DNA of 64,000 nt, from the sequence record NC_042081.1; one strand, 5' to 3'. The notes under the pieces are model-generated. The model saw only the letters and a list, made by a program, of their open reading frames with translations. It was not told where the DNA came from and did no database searches. This document shows, in pieces, positions 36,275-46,395 of the stretch (positions within the stretch are counted from its first letter, which is position 1; every line of letters begins with the position of its first letter). The position numbers and the translations under genes are program-made.

Positions 36275-38440
36275 TTATTTGATAAGCTTAAGTAGAACAG
36301 CATTATCAACAAGAGCGCCACGAATAACTTGTAGATAAGATCCATCAGCAGTGATAATGTACATTTTGTGGGTACGTGCATCATCTGAATCTTTAGAGCT
36401 ATTTAGACGCTTTGCCATTCCCATGATTACTTGAGTAATCTTAGGTTCAGTAAGTTTACTGATAAGCACTGCTTTCTCGGTATAAATATTTAGGCAGGAT
36501 AGTTCCTCAAGGCGCCAGCCAGTTTGGAAACGCACTGATAGATCTAGAATAGAATTACCTTCTTCTGGATCAATATTAACACACATACTCCGTCCAACAA
36601 TAAACGGAATACTAGCGGTAAATTTATCAGCTACTGACTTACCCTTCTTACCGATCAGATATGCGATAAGGTCACCGATATCTTCACAGAAGTCATCAAT
36701 GGTTACCTTCTGACTCATTGAATCAGCCAGGAACTCATTAACTGCACTGGTGAGCCTTTCAACTAGGAACCGATAGTAGCGTTGAGCCAGCTTACCATCT
36801 AGCATTAGTTGCTTAAGGCGCTTTGCAATTAGATGCGGATCGGGTTCTTTTCGAATATCCTCGATCTCATACATGACTTCAGTTGAAGCATCAAATGGAT
36901 GGGATGATGCTGCGCGATACTCATGTGCTGGAACTACATCATCTTCGCTTAGCTCAAGTGCTTCACGAACTGCATTGAGTGCACCAGCTTCTGCTTCAAG
37001 ATTATTTGCACAAGCAATATAACCTTCTAGGATAACTGGATCATGTTCACGATTATCAGTTAACCCAGCATCATTTGGTGAAAACTCTTCGGCTACTTCT
37101 TTAACCGGTTTGGCATCACCCATAATGGTAGATAGCTTATAACTGGTTGCAGTACGCGCACCACCACCACGATGTGCTTGACGACGGAGATCATCTTGAA
37201 GCTCATGCTTTAGATAATCCATTTCCATGTGATTCTCCCACTTACGATATACTTCATGTACAGTGTTATCAGGCCATTTAGCAAGGAAGCGACAATATAC
37301 TGCCGGATCCATTAGGATGCTGTATGGATTAGCTGAACTAGCAGTACGTACCCAATCAGGTTTATCTGCAACTAGATGAGCAGGTCGGATTTCAATGCCA
37401 CCTGGATTATAGATAACATCCATCGGACGATCTTTATTAATTACAAATCCATTGGGTACATAATAGTTCGGATCGAATACGAGTTCTTTCACATCTTGAG
37501 GGATGGGTAGATCCGTATTATCATTAGTTACAGTATTTGCATTTTGTTGTAGTTCAGGTAGAATCATTACATCACCTCCACCAGGGATTGTATCATAACT
37601 ACTATTTGGAGATACTTCAACAGTGGCACCCCAAGAGTCTTTAGGTTGCATGACTGGTTTGTTTTCCAGGAAAGGAGAAGAACCAGGTACGTCATATGCA
37701 GCATTTGCAATTGATGGACCAGTGTCATGATTAGTTGTTGGTGTATATGCCCCTGGAATGTTCAGCTGCGGATTAGCCATGGTAGCCGGTTGACCATAGG
37801 TCTGTTGGATACCTGCGTTAATTGGAGGTAGTTGTGAACTCATGCCAGGACGACCCATTGCTGCACCCATCCCAGGGAAACTTCCAGGCTGTACACCAGG
37901 TTGTTGATATCCACCCTGCATCATGGTGTTACCACCCATACGCATCTTTTGGATATCTGATTCAATCTGTCCGATTACACCAAGTGCCTGTTGGATATTC
38001 GGCATTAGATGTTGAACTAGACTTTGTAGCTGCGGGAAGGTTTGAGCACATTTACCAACAAAACCAGACCATACTAGAGATGCAGCTTGCTGCATTGCCT
38101 GCTGTGGGTTGTTCACCATTTGACGATGAATAAATAGAAACTCTAGAAAGTCAATAACTTTCTGAGCCCACTGCTGATAATAGTTATTCTGGAAACCATT
38201 ACTAGATAGCAGATTATACGCAAATGCATGAAGCTGAGTGGTGGTAGCCGCATTTTGAGCATTCAGCCGGAACAGTCCAATTACACCATTGAAATATGGT
38301 TGTAGTTGAGGATGTTGTTGATGTGGTGATAACTGTAGCGGTAGGCTAAACAGATAATTCCCATTAGGTAGGTTAGGATCGAAAGTACTGGTATCTACAC
38401 TCTCAAAATCGACAGGTAGATTGTACTGTGCATAGTTCAT
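36275..38440 (-). CDS. Large protein with Q/P/G/M-rich low-complexity region (gp124 position)
   Basis: 721 aa directly downstream of the nvRNAP subunit gene. Confidence 0.8.
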   Translation of the reverse strand: MNYAQYNLPVDFESVDTSTFDPNLPNGNYLFSLPLQLSPHQQHPQLQPYFNGVIGLFRLNAQNAATTTQLHAFAYNLLSSNGFQNNYYQQWAQKVIDFLEFLFIHRQMVNNPQQAMQQAASLVWSGFVGKCAQTFPQLQSLVQHLMPNIQQALGVIGQIESDIQKMRMGGNTMMQGGYQQPGVQPGSFPGMGAAMGRPGMSSQLPPINAGIQQTYGQPATMANPQLNIPGAYTPTTNHDTGPSIANAAYDVPGSSPFLENKPVMQPKDSWGATVEVSPNSSYDTIPGGGDVMILPELQQNANTVTNDNTDLPIPQDVKELVFDPNYYVPNGFVINKDRPMDVIYNPGGIEIRPAHLVADKPDWVRTASSANPYSILMDPAVYCRFLAKWPDNTVHEVYRKWENHMEMDYLKHELQDDLRRQAHRGGGARTATSYKLSTIMGDAKPVKEVAEEFSPNDAGLTDNREHDPVILEGYIACANNLEAEAGALNAVREALELSEDDVVPAHEYRAASSHPFDASTEVMYEIEDIRKEPDPHLIAKRLKQLMLDGKLAQRYYRFLVERLTSAVNEFLADSMSQKVTIDDFCEDIGDLIAYLIGKKGKSVADKFTASIPFIVGRSMCVNIDPEEGNSILDLSVRFQTGWRLEELSCLNIYTEKAVLISKLTEPKITQVIMGMAKRLNSSKDSDDARTHKMYIITADGSYLQVIRGALVDNAVLLKLIK

Positions 38441-38475
38441 GTGAATAATACCTATTAAGTAGTTAAAGATTTAAT

Positions 38476-40107
38476 TTATTTTGCACGGAACATTAACTGA
38501 GCATTGTCAATTATTTCACGTACTTCTTCACGACGTTCAACTAGTCCAGTTGGACCAACTTTAGTATACATATTAAGCCTACCTCGACCATCCGGGTTAT
38601 TCTTAGGTTGGTTTTTATATTGACCTACCTCAGCAATAGATGCGTGAATAATCCTAGATGAGTCATTGATTAGAGACTTATTATGCGCCTTAGCTGTTTT
38701 AGCTCGATCCTGTGTAACTAGGATAGATGTCCCTTTAATCAACATACTGGAGTTTGGATTACTCATTGTATCGAGTTCACCATGATCCACTGTTAATCGT
38801 TTAATAGCTGTCTGTAGTTTAAAGGAACGTTTTAAACCTTCATTTAGCTCTTGCACAGTCCATTCACGATCACGCCTAGACTGGAACATATAGCCAAACA
38901 TACTTACAGCATAGTTAAACTCTGACATCAGGTAATGTAGTACTGTTAACCTTTTACCATACATACTAGTTTCATCAATATCGGTAGCATATAGATGATG
39001 AGCCAAACTAGTCATGATCTCGTAAAGAAGTTCCCAAATAGTACTTACATTGACACCAACTGTTTTAAGTTCTTCAATAGTCATTTCGTCTAGTGAATTA
39101 CAGAAACTGTGCAGGTGTGAATCAATGTTTTCCTCTACTTTACCTTGGTGCTCAAAATCACCAAACACCATGTGACCTAGGATAACACGCCATAAGTTGG
39201 TACTATCTACATATTCAGGTCGAGTAAACCGCATTGGAAATGCATCGACCACATACCAGAAACCAGCGATAAGTCGTGTGGCAAAAATAGATTCTTGATG
39301 GCGAGGCATAACAAGAACCATTTCACCGGTGGGATGTTTACCTTTTAACGTTGCACTGGAATAAATATTCCACTTTTCACGTGGATATTCTTCTTCAGGA
39401 AAATCAGACAGTAGCCCACATTTAACATCTACATTAGCCCATTGTTTGAAAGTTTGAGTTACTCCAAACTGACAGAAGAAATAATGAGCTAAACATGACT
39501 CAATGTGTGGTCGATTATCCAGATCTCGTTTAGTACGCTTAGCCATTTCATTGTGAATCTGTGACCAGATCACATACATGATTTTACGCTGGCCATTGCA
39601 CATGTAATGGTGGTCAGTTTGTTTAAAGGTCAGCTTAGTACGACGAAACGGGATGAAAATACTATCATTAAGTACAGAGAACCCAACATCAGTTAATACT
39701 GGTGAACCGATATATTTCGCACCATTGATAGTTACCATATTGCCTCTCTTAAAAGCTGGTAACAGCATTGGGCGAGGATAAAGCATTTCCCCTTTATAAC
39801 TAAACATTAGGTCAATCATGTACATATCAGTTGGAGCAATATTGGCAATACGCTTAGCATTATATTCCCGAGTAATCTCTTCAAAATGCTTAAGCGGTGT
39901 ACATGCACGATTGCCTTCATATTTGAAGCCATCGGGAAATAGAACTGAACTGATATCAAATAAAGAATCAATATAACGCCTGGTCATATTAACACCAGTA
40001 TTTGGATCACGAGTCATGGTGTGTTCGACTGTGATACCATTTGCTAGTGTTGGATTCATGCAAGGCGTATTTTCACGAATCTTTTCAATTAGAAATGGAT
40101 CCGGCAT
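38476..40107 (-). CDS. gp123: Non-virion RNA polymerase, N-terminal fragment of split beta subunit
   Basis: 543 aa; GGAG RBS; C-terminal IHAS...PKNNPDGRGRLN resembles beta fork-loop region; gene order. Confidence 0.85.
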   Translation of the reverse strand: MPDPFLIEKIRENTPCMNPTLANGITVEHTMTRDPNTGVNMTRRYIDSLFDISSVLFPDGFKYEGNRACTPLKHFEEITREYNAKRIANIAPTDMYMIDLMFSYKGEMLYPRPMLLPAFKRGNMVTINGAKYIGSPVLTDVGFSVLNDSIFIPFRRTKLTFKQTDHHYMCNGQRKIMYVIWSQIHNEMAKRTKRDLDNRPHIESCLAHYFFCQFGVTQTFKQWANVDVKCGLLSDFPEEEYPREKWNIYSSATLKGKHPTGEMVLVMPRHQESIFATRLIAGFWYVVDAFPMRFTRPEYVDSTNLWRVILGHMVFGDFEHQGKVEENIDSHLHSFCNSLDEMTIEELKTVGVNVSTIWELLYEIMTSLAHHLYATDIDETSMYGKRLTVLHYLMSEFNYAVSMFGYMFQSRRDREWTVQELNEGLKRSFKLQTAIKRLTVDHGELDTMSNPNSSMLIKGTSILVTQDRAKTAKAHNKSLINDSSRIIHASIAEVGQYKNQPKNNPDGRGRLNMYTKVGPTGLVERREEVREIIDNAQLMFRAK

Positions 40108-40116
40108 TATAAACTC

Positions 40117-41199
40117 CTAAACTTTTGGCAAAATTAAATCCATCAGTGAACCTACAATTTTAATGGATGATACTAGATCAGAGGCAATGGAGTTTAGATC
40201 ACCCCATTTTAGACCATGAATCAATACAACATCTTTTGGTTTGAATTCTTTATCAAACGTACCAGCTGCTTTTTCCTGGGCTTCCCTTTCCTTAATATCA
40301 GCTGCTGTTAAGAGTGCAGTCTTAAGACGTTCAATAACTTTCTTATCTTTAATTCCAACCATTGCAGCAGCTTCTTCATGTGTTCTAAAGAAACCATTTT
40401 CATGGAACTGTTCAGGAGGTATTACATATCTCTTTTCGCCATTATGACTGATACACCCATGCTTACCACGGATATTAACAATAAGACCAGGATCTAATGA
40501 TGGATTATAGATTGACTCAATGGCCATAATTCTGCCAGCCATTACATAAAACAATTTATCTGGTTTATTGATGTCAGTATTATACGTTAAAGAATATGTT
40601 TCATTCCATACTTGATTAGAAAGTGCTTCTTCTTCTGGACTAAGTCCGCTGTAACCAGGAGGACTAATATTTCTATTTGGATAAAATTCAAAATACTGAC
40701 TATACTCAGTTTTAAATACTTGGATACCTAAACTCTGAATCCAACCGCCATGATATTGATCTACTAGTTTTGATAAGTCAATTGAATACCAAATAGTAAT
40801 CTCAGATAGCTGGTTATTAAACTGATCGAATGTCTGTCGACTAAATGACTGAATATATTCTAACATTTCCTCAGGTGTAAAACCTGGAATAGATTTAGCC
40901 ATAACTTCATAGTTAAAACTATCATCACCACTCCATCGGTAAATGACCTTAACTACTAGTCTATTAGACATTACATACTTACGGGATGTCCCAATATTGA
41001 TAGCGTGACCAGATGAATCGACTACAGTAATACGATGAAATGATTCATTCCGATACTCAACAAAACGTGAGACAGGGAGATTCCAATTAGCGTATGGATC
41101 ACCCTTAGTGTATGCAGTTCCCGATTTCTTATCATACGGGTGATCGATAGTAGGCTTAACTGATACTTGAGTAAGCCCCGCAATTTTTAGTGTTACCAT
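40117..41199 (-). CDS. Hypothetical protein (gp122 position)
   Basis: 360 aa. Confidence 0.8.
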   Translation of the reverse strand: MVTLKIAGLTQVSVKPTIDHPYDKKSGTAYTKGDPYANWNLPVSRFVEYRNESFHRITVVDSSGHAINIGTSRKYVMSNRLVVKVIYRWSGDDSFNYEVMAKSIPGFTPEEMLEYIQSFSRQTFDQFNNQLSEITIWYSIDLSKLVDQYHGGWIQSLGIQVFKTEYSQYFEFYPNRNISPPGYSGLSPEEEALSNQVWNETYSLTYNTDINKPDKLFYVMAGRIMAIESIYNPSLDPGLIVNIRGKHGCISHNGEKRYVIPPEQFHENGFFRTHEEAAAMVGIKDKKVIERLKTALLTAADIKEREAQEKAAGTFDKEFKPKDVVLIHGLKWGDLNSIASDLVSSIKIVGSLMDLILPKV

Positions 41200-41608
41200 T
41201 GAAATCTACCTTAATCACAACGGCCTCCAAATCTACAATGTTGGGGAGCCTCTTTTTAGTTTGATGTACGGACCTTCCCTTAAAGGATTCACTCTTTTCC
41301 TTATTACTTGACTTCTGCCATTTATGCGGGTCACTCGAACAATATAACTTTTCGGTGGCCCGCTTAAACTGTTTTTCTTGAGGGATCTCCTCAGTGTTTT
41401 TCTTGGCATAATCTGTAATAAAGTCCTCTAGCCCTTTGGGCATAAAGGCATCCTGAACAGGATGGAATTCTTCAAAGAAAGTATTAATGTATTTATCATC
41501 ATCTACGGTAGACATCTTATTATCTACCATGGTATTTTTTTCTATAAGAGATACCCTCAGGGCATCTTGCCATCTTTCGATGACTTCTGGAAATAATTGA
41601 ACGTTCAT
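41156..41608 (-). CDS. Hypothetical early protein (gp121 position)
   Basis: AGGT RBS; downstream of an early promoter. Confidence 0.75.
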   Translation of the reverse strand: MNVQLFPEVIERWQDALRVSLIEKNTMVDNKMSTVDDDKYINTFFEEFHPVQDAFMPKGLEDFITDYAKKNTEEIPQEKQFKRATEKLYCSSDPHKWQKSSNKEKSESFKGRSVHQTKKRLPNIVDLEAVVIKVDFNGNTKNCGAYSSIS

Positions 41609-41651
41609 TTGGATTAACCTATTTTTAAATTAGAAGATCATGATCATTACT

Positions 41652-41668
41652 GTAATATAGATCTTAAA
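41652..41668 (-). promoter_or_regulatory. phiKZ early promoter
   Basis: Minus strand TTTAA-GATC-TATATTAC. Confidence 0.8.
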
Positions 41669-41694
41669 CTTTTTTTAATGTAATACAACATAAA

Positions 41695-41714
41695 GCCCTC
41701 CCCGAAGGGAGGGC
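41695..41714 (-). terminator. Terminator of the capsid operon
   Basis: gccctccc-cgaa-gggagggc, then TTTATG on minus. Confidence 0.85.
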
Positions 41715-41723
41715 CTATGTCTG

Positions 41724-41804
41724 TTACTCTTCTAACTTCCGGGCATTACCGTCTTCCAAATAACGGATAGTCCCATTTTCTAGATAACGGTAACCCTTTC
41801 CAGC
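41724..41804 (-). other. In-frame 26-codon extension after the capsid TGA (putative readthrough domain)
   Basis: Translates AGKGYRYLENGTIRYLEDGNARKLEE then TAA; matches the gp143 C-terminus. Confidence 0.75.
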
Positions 41805-44048
41805 TCACGGTTTAAGATCAGCAAGCTTACCGTTGAACTGAGTTTCGCCCATGACTTTCTGGAAGCCAGTGATCTTGAACTCTAGTGCGAACGGAATGTT
41901 GTTGACGTGTAGGTTGAACGGAATGGCCGCGATTTCGCGAGTAACCTGGTGACCACCACGAGTGATCGGTAGGTCAGCGATAACAGTAGATACGTAGAAG
42001 AACTGACCCCAGGAGAGGATGTCGTTTTCTTGTTGTACTGCGCGGGTCGGAATTACAACTAGCTTACCATCAAATAGCTGGTTGTTGGTGGAAACGATAT
42101 CGTACTTGAGATAAGCACCTAGAGTACGGTCGTCACCTTTAGTCATTAGATAGTTAGCAATCTCTTTGTCGGAGCAGAAGAGATACATCGGAGTTTCATC
42201 CTGGTTACCGGAGATAACACGGAAGGCAGCTTCAATGTTGGAATCACGGTGAGCCGGGAATAGCTCAGCTTTAACACAGTTTAGGATCGCAGCGCAAACG
42301 TCGTCCCAACGATCTTTAGACTTGATGGTGTCGATGACTTTCTCAAGATCTAGTTCTTTGTAACGATAGGTCGGACGCATTACAGCGGATAGTGCACCTT
42401 CGATGATACCAAACTTCGGACGGTTGTAACCATTGTGTACAACTTCACGTAGTTGAGCAAGGTAGTTAAGCATGCGCTTAACAGCGTTGTTGCTGTTACG
42501 GATGTTGGTGTTAACAGTTAGAGCTTTAACAACCTCACCCGGACCTTCATCGGTCATGGTGTCCATCGGTAGAGTTACAGGAGCGTGCATCGGGATCGGA
42601 TGACGGAACTGTAGCGCACGGGTCTGTAGTAGGTGACCACGCTGACGACGGTTAGTGTTGGTGAAGCGAGTGTCTAGTTCGAAACCGATAACCGCTAGGT
42701 CAGTTAGCTGATCTAGAATAGCTTTAACAGCCGGGTCAGCATTATCCATTACCTGACCATCTTCGTTTAGAACTTTATCGACGTAAGTGTCGGTAGCACC
42801 AAACTTAGAATCGCCTTTGGATAGGCTGATTGTACCACCAAAACCAACGCTTAGACGTAGGCTTAGTTTAGCGGTCTTAAGATCATTGATAACACCGTCA
42901 GCTGAACCATCGATGAAAGTGGTATCGCCACTAACAACTAGATCGTCGCTATCGAAACGGATAACAGCGTTCCGGGTATCACCAACTAGATCGGGCTGGA
43001 ACACAGCGCGAGGTAGACGGTCAACCTTGAACTTAACAACTTTACCACCGAGTAGAACGAATAGGTTCTTTAGACGACCAGCCGGATCAATGGTGTCAGA
43101 AACTTCAAGCATGCCACGCTGGATGAGTAGGTTAGCATTGGAGTTACCCATTAGATCAAGACGTACGTTCGCTTTTAGCGGAGCAGTAGTGATAGTTAGG
43201 TTCTGCTCGTTCTTGATGGTGTACGGAGGAACAAGAGCCGGGTCTACGAAGAAGTCAGCATTGGAGCCAGCCGGATCTAGGGCAGGAATTAGCGCAATGC
43301 TTTCGTCGTCGAGGATGGAAGGATCACGATAGGCTTCTACCATGTTCACTTCTTCATTATCCATCTTAACGCCGGATACTTCGTGGTAAACGTCTTTCAT
43401 TACAGCGATGTAAGGAAGAACCTGAACAACACCACCTTCAATCGGGTTGATAACGGTGGTCGGATAAATACGCTCAGCGAATTCATCTTGACGGCTAGCA
43501 GCTAGGTTATAACCAATAGTTACAACACGGAAATCACGCTGTGACTTCTCGTTATAGTTCTCTAGGCCAACACCATTTTCGAATACTTGAATGCCACCAG
43601 CGGGGCCATTGAACTGATGCTGTACAACCTTAACATGATCTTCATTAGAAGCTTTAGCTTTGGTAATACCACGTAGTGCACGGATATATTTAGTTTCATC
43701 AGCACAGGCGATAGCAGCCATGGTAGCAGCGGTGATCTGGTTCTCACGGACACGTTCTTCACGAGCGCGTACTTGAGGATCACTGGAGCTTACTCGTTCG
43801 AAACCATAGTCGTTAACGAGCATTTGCATTTTGTTATAAATTGCAGCAGCATCTTGAACGTCGGTAGCTTGTACGGTACCGAAGTTTTCATGTGAAATGG
43901 TGCTAACAAGGGAACGACCTTGACTAACAACGCTGTCATTTAGACCAATTTCACTTTCTAGGCGACCAATGAAATCTTCCATTGAGAAGACTTCGTATTT
44001 CTTTTCGCCTTTGTGTTTAAACAGTTCTCTTAGGGCATGTACGCTCAT
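41805..44048 (-). CDS. gp120: Major capsid protein
   Basis: 747 aa; GLE-N maturation site; high-expression codon bias; gene order. Confidence 0.95.
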   Translation of the reverse strand: MSVHALRELFKHKGEKKYEVFSMEDFIGRLESEIGLNDSVVSQGRSLVSTISHENFGTVQATDVQDAAAIYNKMQMLVNDYGFERVSSSDPQVRAREERVRENQITAATMAAIACADETKYIRALRGITKAKASNEDHVKVVQHQFNGPAGGIQVFENGVGLENYNEKSQRDFRVVTIGYNLAASRQDEFAERIYPTTVINPIEGGVVQVLPYIAVMKDVYHEVSGVKMDNEEVNMVEAYRDPSILDDESIALIPALDPAGSNADFFVDPALVPPYTIKNEQNLTITTAPLKANVRLDLMGNSNANLLIQRGMLEVSDTIDPAGRLKNLFVLLGGKVVKFKVDRLPRAVFQPDLVGDTRNAVIRFDSDDLVVSGDTTFIDGSADGVINDLKTAKLSLRLSVGFGGTISLSKGDSKFGATDTYVDKVLNEDGQVMDNADPAVKAILDQLTDLAVIGFELDTRFTNTNRRQRGHLLQTRALQFRHPIPMHAPVTLPMDTMTDEGPGEVVKALTVNTNIRNSNNAVKRMLNYLAQLREVVHNGYNRPKFGIIEGALSAVMRPTYRYKELDLEKVIDTIKSKDRWDDVCAAILNCVKAELFPAHRDSNIEAAFRVISGNQDETPMYLFCSDKEIANYLMTKGDDRTLGAYLKYDIVSTNNQLFDGKLVVIPTRAVQQENDILSWGQFFYVSTVIADLPITRGGHQVTREIAAIPFNLHVNNIPFALEFKITGFQKVMGETQFNGKLADLKP

Positions 44049-44120
44049 TTTTTATTCCTACGTAGGATGAGTTTTTGGTTTAAAAATTTGGGTCTACTAA
44101 GCATCTTTTCCGGAATCAAC

Positions 44121-44654
44121 CTAGCAGCTCTCCAAATAATAGGTAAAAATTTGTGTTGACGCCACGGATTCACGTGGGCGGGTGTTCAACATTTCATTTA
44201 TCATACTATCAAAGAAAGTATGGTTAAGTTGAATTGAGACACGTCTAGGATCGCTACTTGCAATGTGCGCACTCTGCTGCACCGCAACCCACAGATTCTC
44301 ATCTACAGGATATAGGTAATAATCGTACACTAAATTACGGTTACCTGCATCCCTAAGTTCATTAGTCGCTAGGCGGCTCTCTAAACGATTGTGTAAATCC
44401 TTCATCTTAAATTGGTCAGGACCGTCTATTTCACCTAGCTCAGCAACTTTGATTATCGGGCTTACTGCTAACTTAATATCTAGTTTTTCTGGTAATAGAA
44501 AGGGGAAAGCAGTTAAAGCCTGATGTATCTCCGCAAGATCATTTACGGAGGTTTCGGAAACTATATAGTTGGTGTCTAACAATTTGTTAAATTGTACACC
44601 TGCTGTTTTATATGATTCAAAAACAGCTTTTGGCATAACCAGAACTTGGGTCAT
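44121..44654 (-). CDS. Capsid-associated structural protein (gp119 position)
   Basis: 177 aa directly upstream of the capsid gene. Confidence 0.7.
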   Translation of the reverse strand: MTQVLVMPKAVFESYKTAGVQFNKLLDTNYIVSETSVNDLAEIHQALTAFPFLLPEKLDIKLAVSPIIKVAELGEIDGPDQFKMKDLHNRLESRLATNELRDAGNRNLVYDYYLYPVDENLWVAVQQSAHIASSDPRRVSIQLNHTFFDSMINEMLNTRPRESVASTQIFTYYLESC

Positions 44655-44727
44655 TGTGAAAGTACCTATATTGTAATTTTAGGCTTTTGGGAACTGTCTA
44701 CATAGCAATATAGCAAATACATTCACT

Positions 44728-44735
44728 AAAATTAC
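44728..44735 (+). promoter_or_regulatory. Putative middle promoter (AAAATTAC)
   Basis: Consensus match upstream of the helicase gene. Confidence 0.5.
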
Positions 44736-44793
44736 TAGCTATCTAAATGATACACTGTACATCTCTTAATTTCACAATTGGAAATCTATAAAA

Positions 44794-46341
44794 ATGTCAA
44801 GTCCAAAACAATTACTCGTTTCATGTATCACTCTATTATGTTTAGAAAATCGAGAAGATTCTCCTGTGGAACCATCCAATGAATTGGTTACCGAGATTCT
44901 TGATACTCTAAATGATAAGGGTGGTACATTAGATGTAGATCATGGTCGACAAACATTTTTAGATCTTCGTAATCTACTAGTGGATCTAAATAAGAAACAG
45001 AAAGCATATTTCCCAGCTACCCAACAGGTATTACAATCACTACAAGTATGTTGTCGTGAAGAAAGTTATCTATACGATGCTGTTAAAAATGCGGTAGAAG
45101 AAGAATTTCCAAATGGCATGGCATTGGCCATGCGTGTAACTTCATATCGTCGTGATCTAAATAGCTACTTAGCTGATGAGAAGGTAAAAGCTATTGTAAA
45201 AGAATGTTCATCAAAAATTCTTTTCAATAGGGGCTCTGCTGATATTCCGGCAATCATTAATGAAATGGCAACCAGAGCTGACCCATATATTCGCGCGCGT
45301 GCTGAAGAGAAACACCCAGCTGAAATGGGTGCACTTGATTTTGGTAATCTAGACTCTATTGAAGGCTTCTTCGAAGAAGCTAAAACCATTCTTTCACCAA
45401 ATGGTGCTTTCCGAACTGGATGGAAAGGTTTTAACAGGATGCTTGGTGATCTGGGTGCATTAAAACGTGGTGAATTTATTATTGGTGGTGGCCTACAACA
45501 TCAATATAAATCTGGCGTTTCTATGAGTCTATTTTGTCATGTATGTCTATTTAATAAACCATACATGCGTGATATCAATAAGAAACCATTAGTAATGTTT
45601 ATTACTCTTGAGAATGAGATTCCGGATAACCTTATTTTCATTTATGAGTATATTTACGAAAATGAAACAGGTATCAAGGTAGATCGTAGTTCTATTAGTA
45701 AAGCTGAAGCAGCTGAATATGTATCAGCTCGTCTTCGTGAAAATGGTTTCGAACCAGTAATGTATCGTTTTGACCCAACTGAATTTACGATCGCTGGTTT
45801 AGTTAACTATCTAGACACATATCAAGCACGTGGTTATGAACTACAATATCTCTGTGTAGATTATCTAAACATGTTGCCTAAAACTGGATTAGTGACCAGT
45901 GTAGCAGGTGATGACGTTCGTCTCCTATTTAGGCGAATGCGTAACTATACTGCACCTCGTGGTATTACATTCTTTAGTCCGCATCAGTTAAGTTCTCAGG
46001 CATTAGAACTAATCAGGGATAATATCCCGCCAGAAGACTTTGTTAAACAAGTTGCTAACAAAGGTTACTATGATGGTTGCCGTCGACTTGGACAAGAACC
46101 TGATCTGGAATTCTTCTTCCACATTGTTAAAGTAAGTGGTAAGTATTATCTAACTGTACAACGTGGTAAACACCGTAACGTTGTAAGTGATAGTAAGCAT
46201 CACTATTTTGTTATGCCGTTTGATCCAGACCGTATTGGTGGTATTAGATGGGATATCGATAAAGAAGAAAACAATTACATGGATTTCGTACCAAGTCTTA
46301 GTAATATGCAAGCAACTGGTGGAGATGACTGGGGATATTAA
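44794..46341 (+). CDS. dnaB: DnaB-like replicative helicase (gp118)
   Basis: RTGWKGFNRMLG, divergent Walker A GLQHQYKS, FITLEN, CVDYL, HQLS. Confidence 0.92.
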   Translation: MSSPKQLLVSCITLLCLENREDSPVEPSNELVTEILDTLNDKGGTLDVDHGRQTFLDLRNLLVDLNKKQKAYFPATQQVLQSLQVCCREESYLYDAVKNAVEEEFPNGMALAMRVTSYRRDLNSYLADEKVKAIVKECSSKILFNRGSADIPAIINEMATRADPYIRARAEEKHPAEMGALDFGNLDSIEGFFEEAKTILSPNGAFRTGWKGFNRMLGDLGALKRGEFIIGGGLQHQYKSGVSMSLFCHVCLFNKPYMRDINKKPLVMFITLENEIPDNLIFIYEYIYENETGIKVDRSSISKAEAAEYVSARLRENGFEPVMYRFDPTEFTIAGLVNYLDTYQARGYELQYLCVDYLNMLPKTGLVTSVAGDDVRLLFRRMRNYTAPRGITFFSPHQLSSQALELIRDNIPPEDFVKQVANKGYYDGCRRLGQEPDLEFFFHIVKVSGKYYLTVQRGKHRNVVSDSKHHYFVMPFDPDRIGGIRWDIDKEENNYMDFVPSLSNMQATGGDDWGY

Positions 46342-46350
46342 CAACATAAA

Positions 46351-46370
46351 GCTCTCCCTTCGGGGAGAGC
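46351..46370 (+). terminator. Hairpin with cUUCGg loop
   Basis: gctctccc-ttcg-gggagagc. Confidence 0.75.
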
Positions 46371-46395
46371 ACTATAATTTTAATAGGTAATCTAA

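Noticed and set aside
38476-40107. Intron, intein or homing endonuclease in polymerase genes
   Set aside because: gp123 and gp149 are uninterrupted, and no LAGLIDADG, HNH, GIY-YIG or intein motifs were seen.
41724-41804. Capsid extension as an independent small gene or protease site array
   Set aside because: No in-frame ATG or GTG or RBS ahead of the repeats, and YLE does not match the S/A/G-x-E consensus of the head protease.
42787-43332. 181-aa plus-strand ORF inside the capsid gene
   Set aside because: Antisense shadow expected from strongly biased codon usage.
44097-44123. gp119 TAG followed by 7 sense codons (VDSGKDA) and a second TAG
   Set aside because: Length expected by chance, with no motif or homolog in the window.
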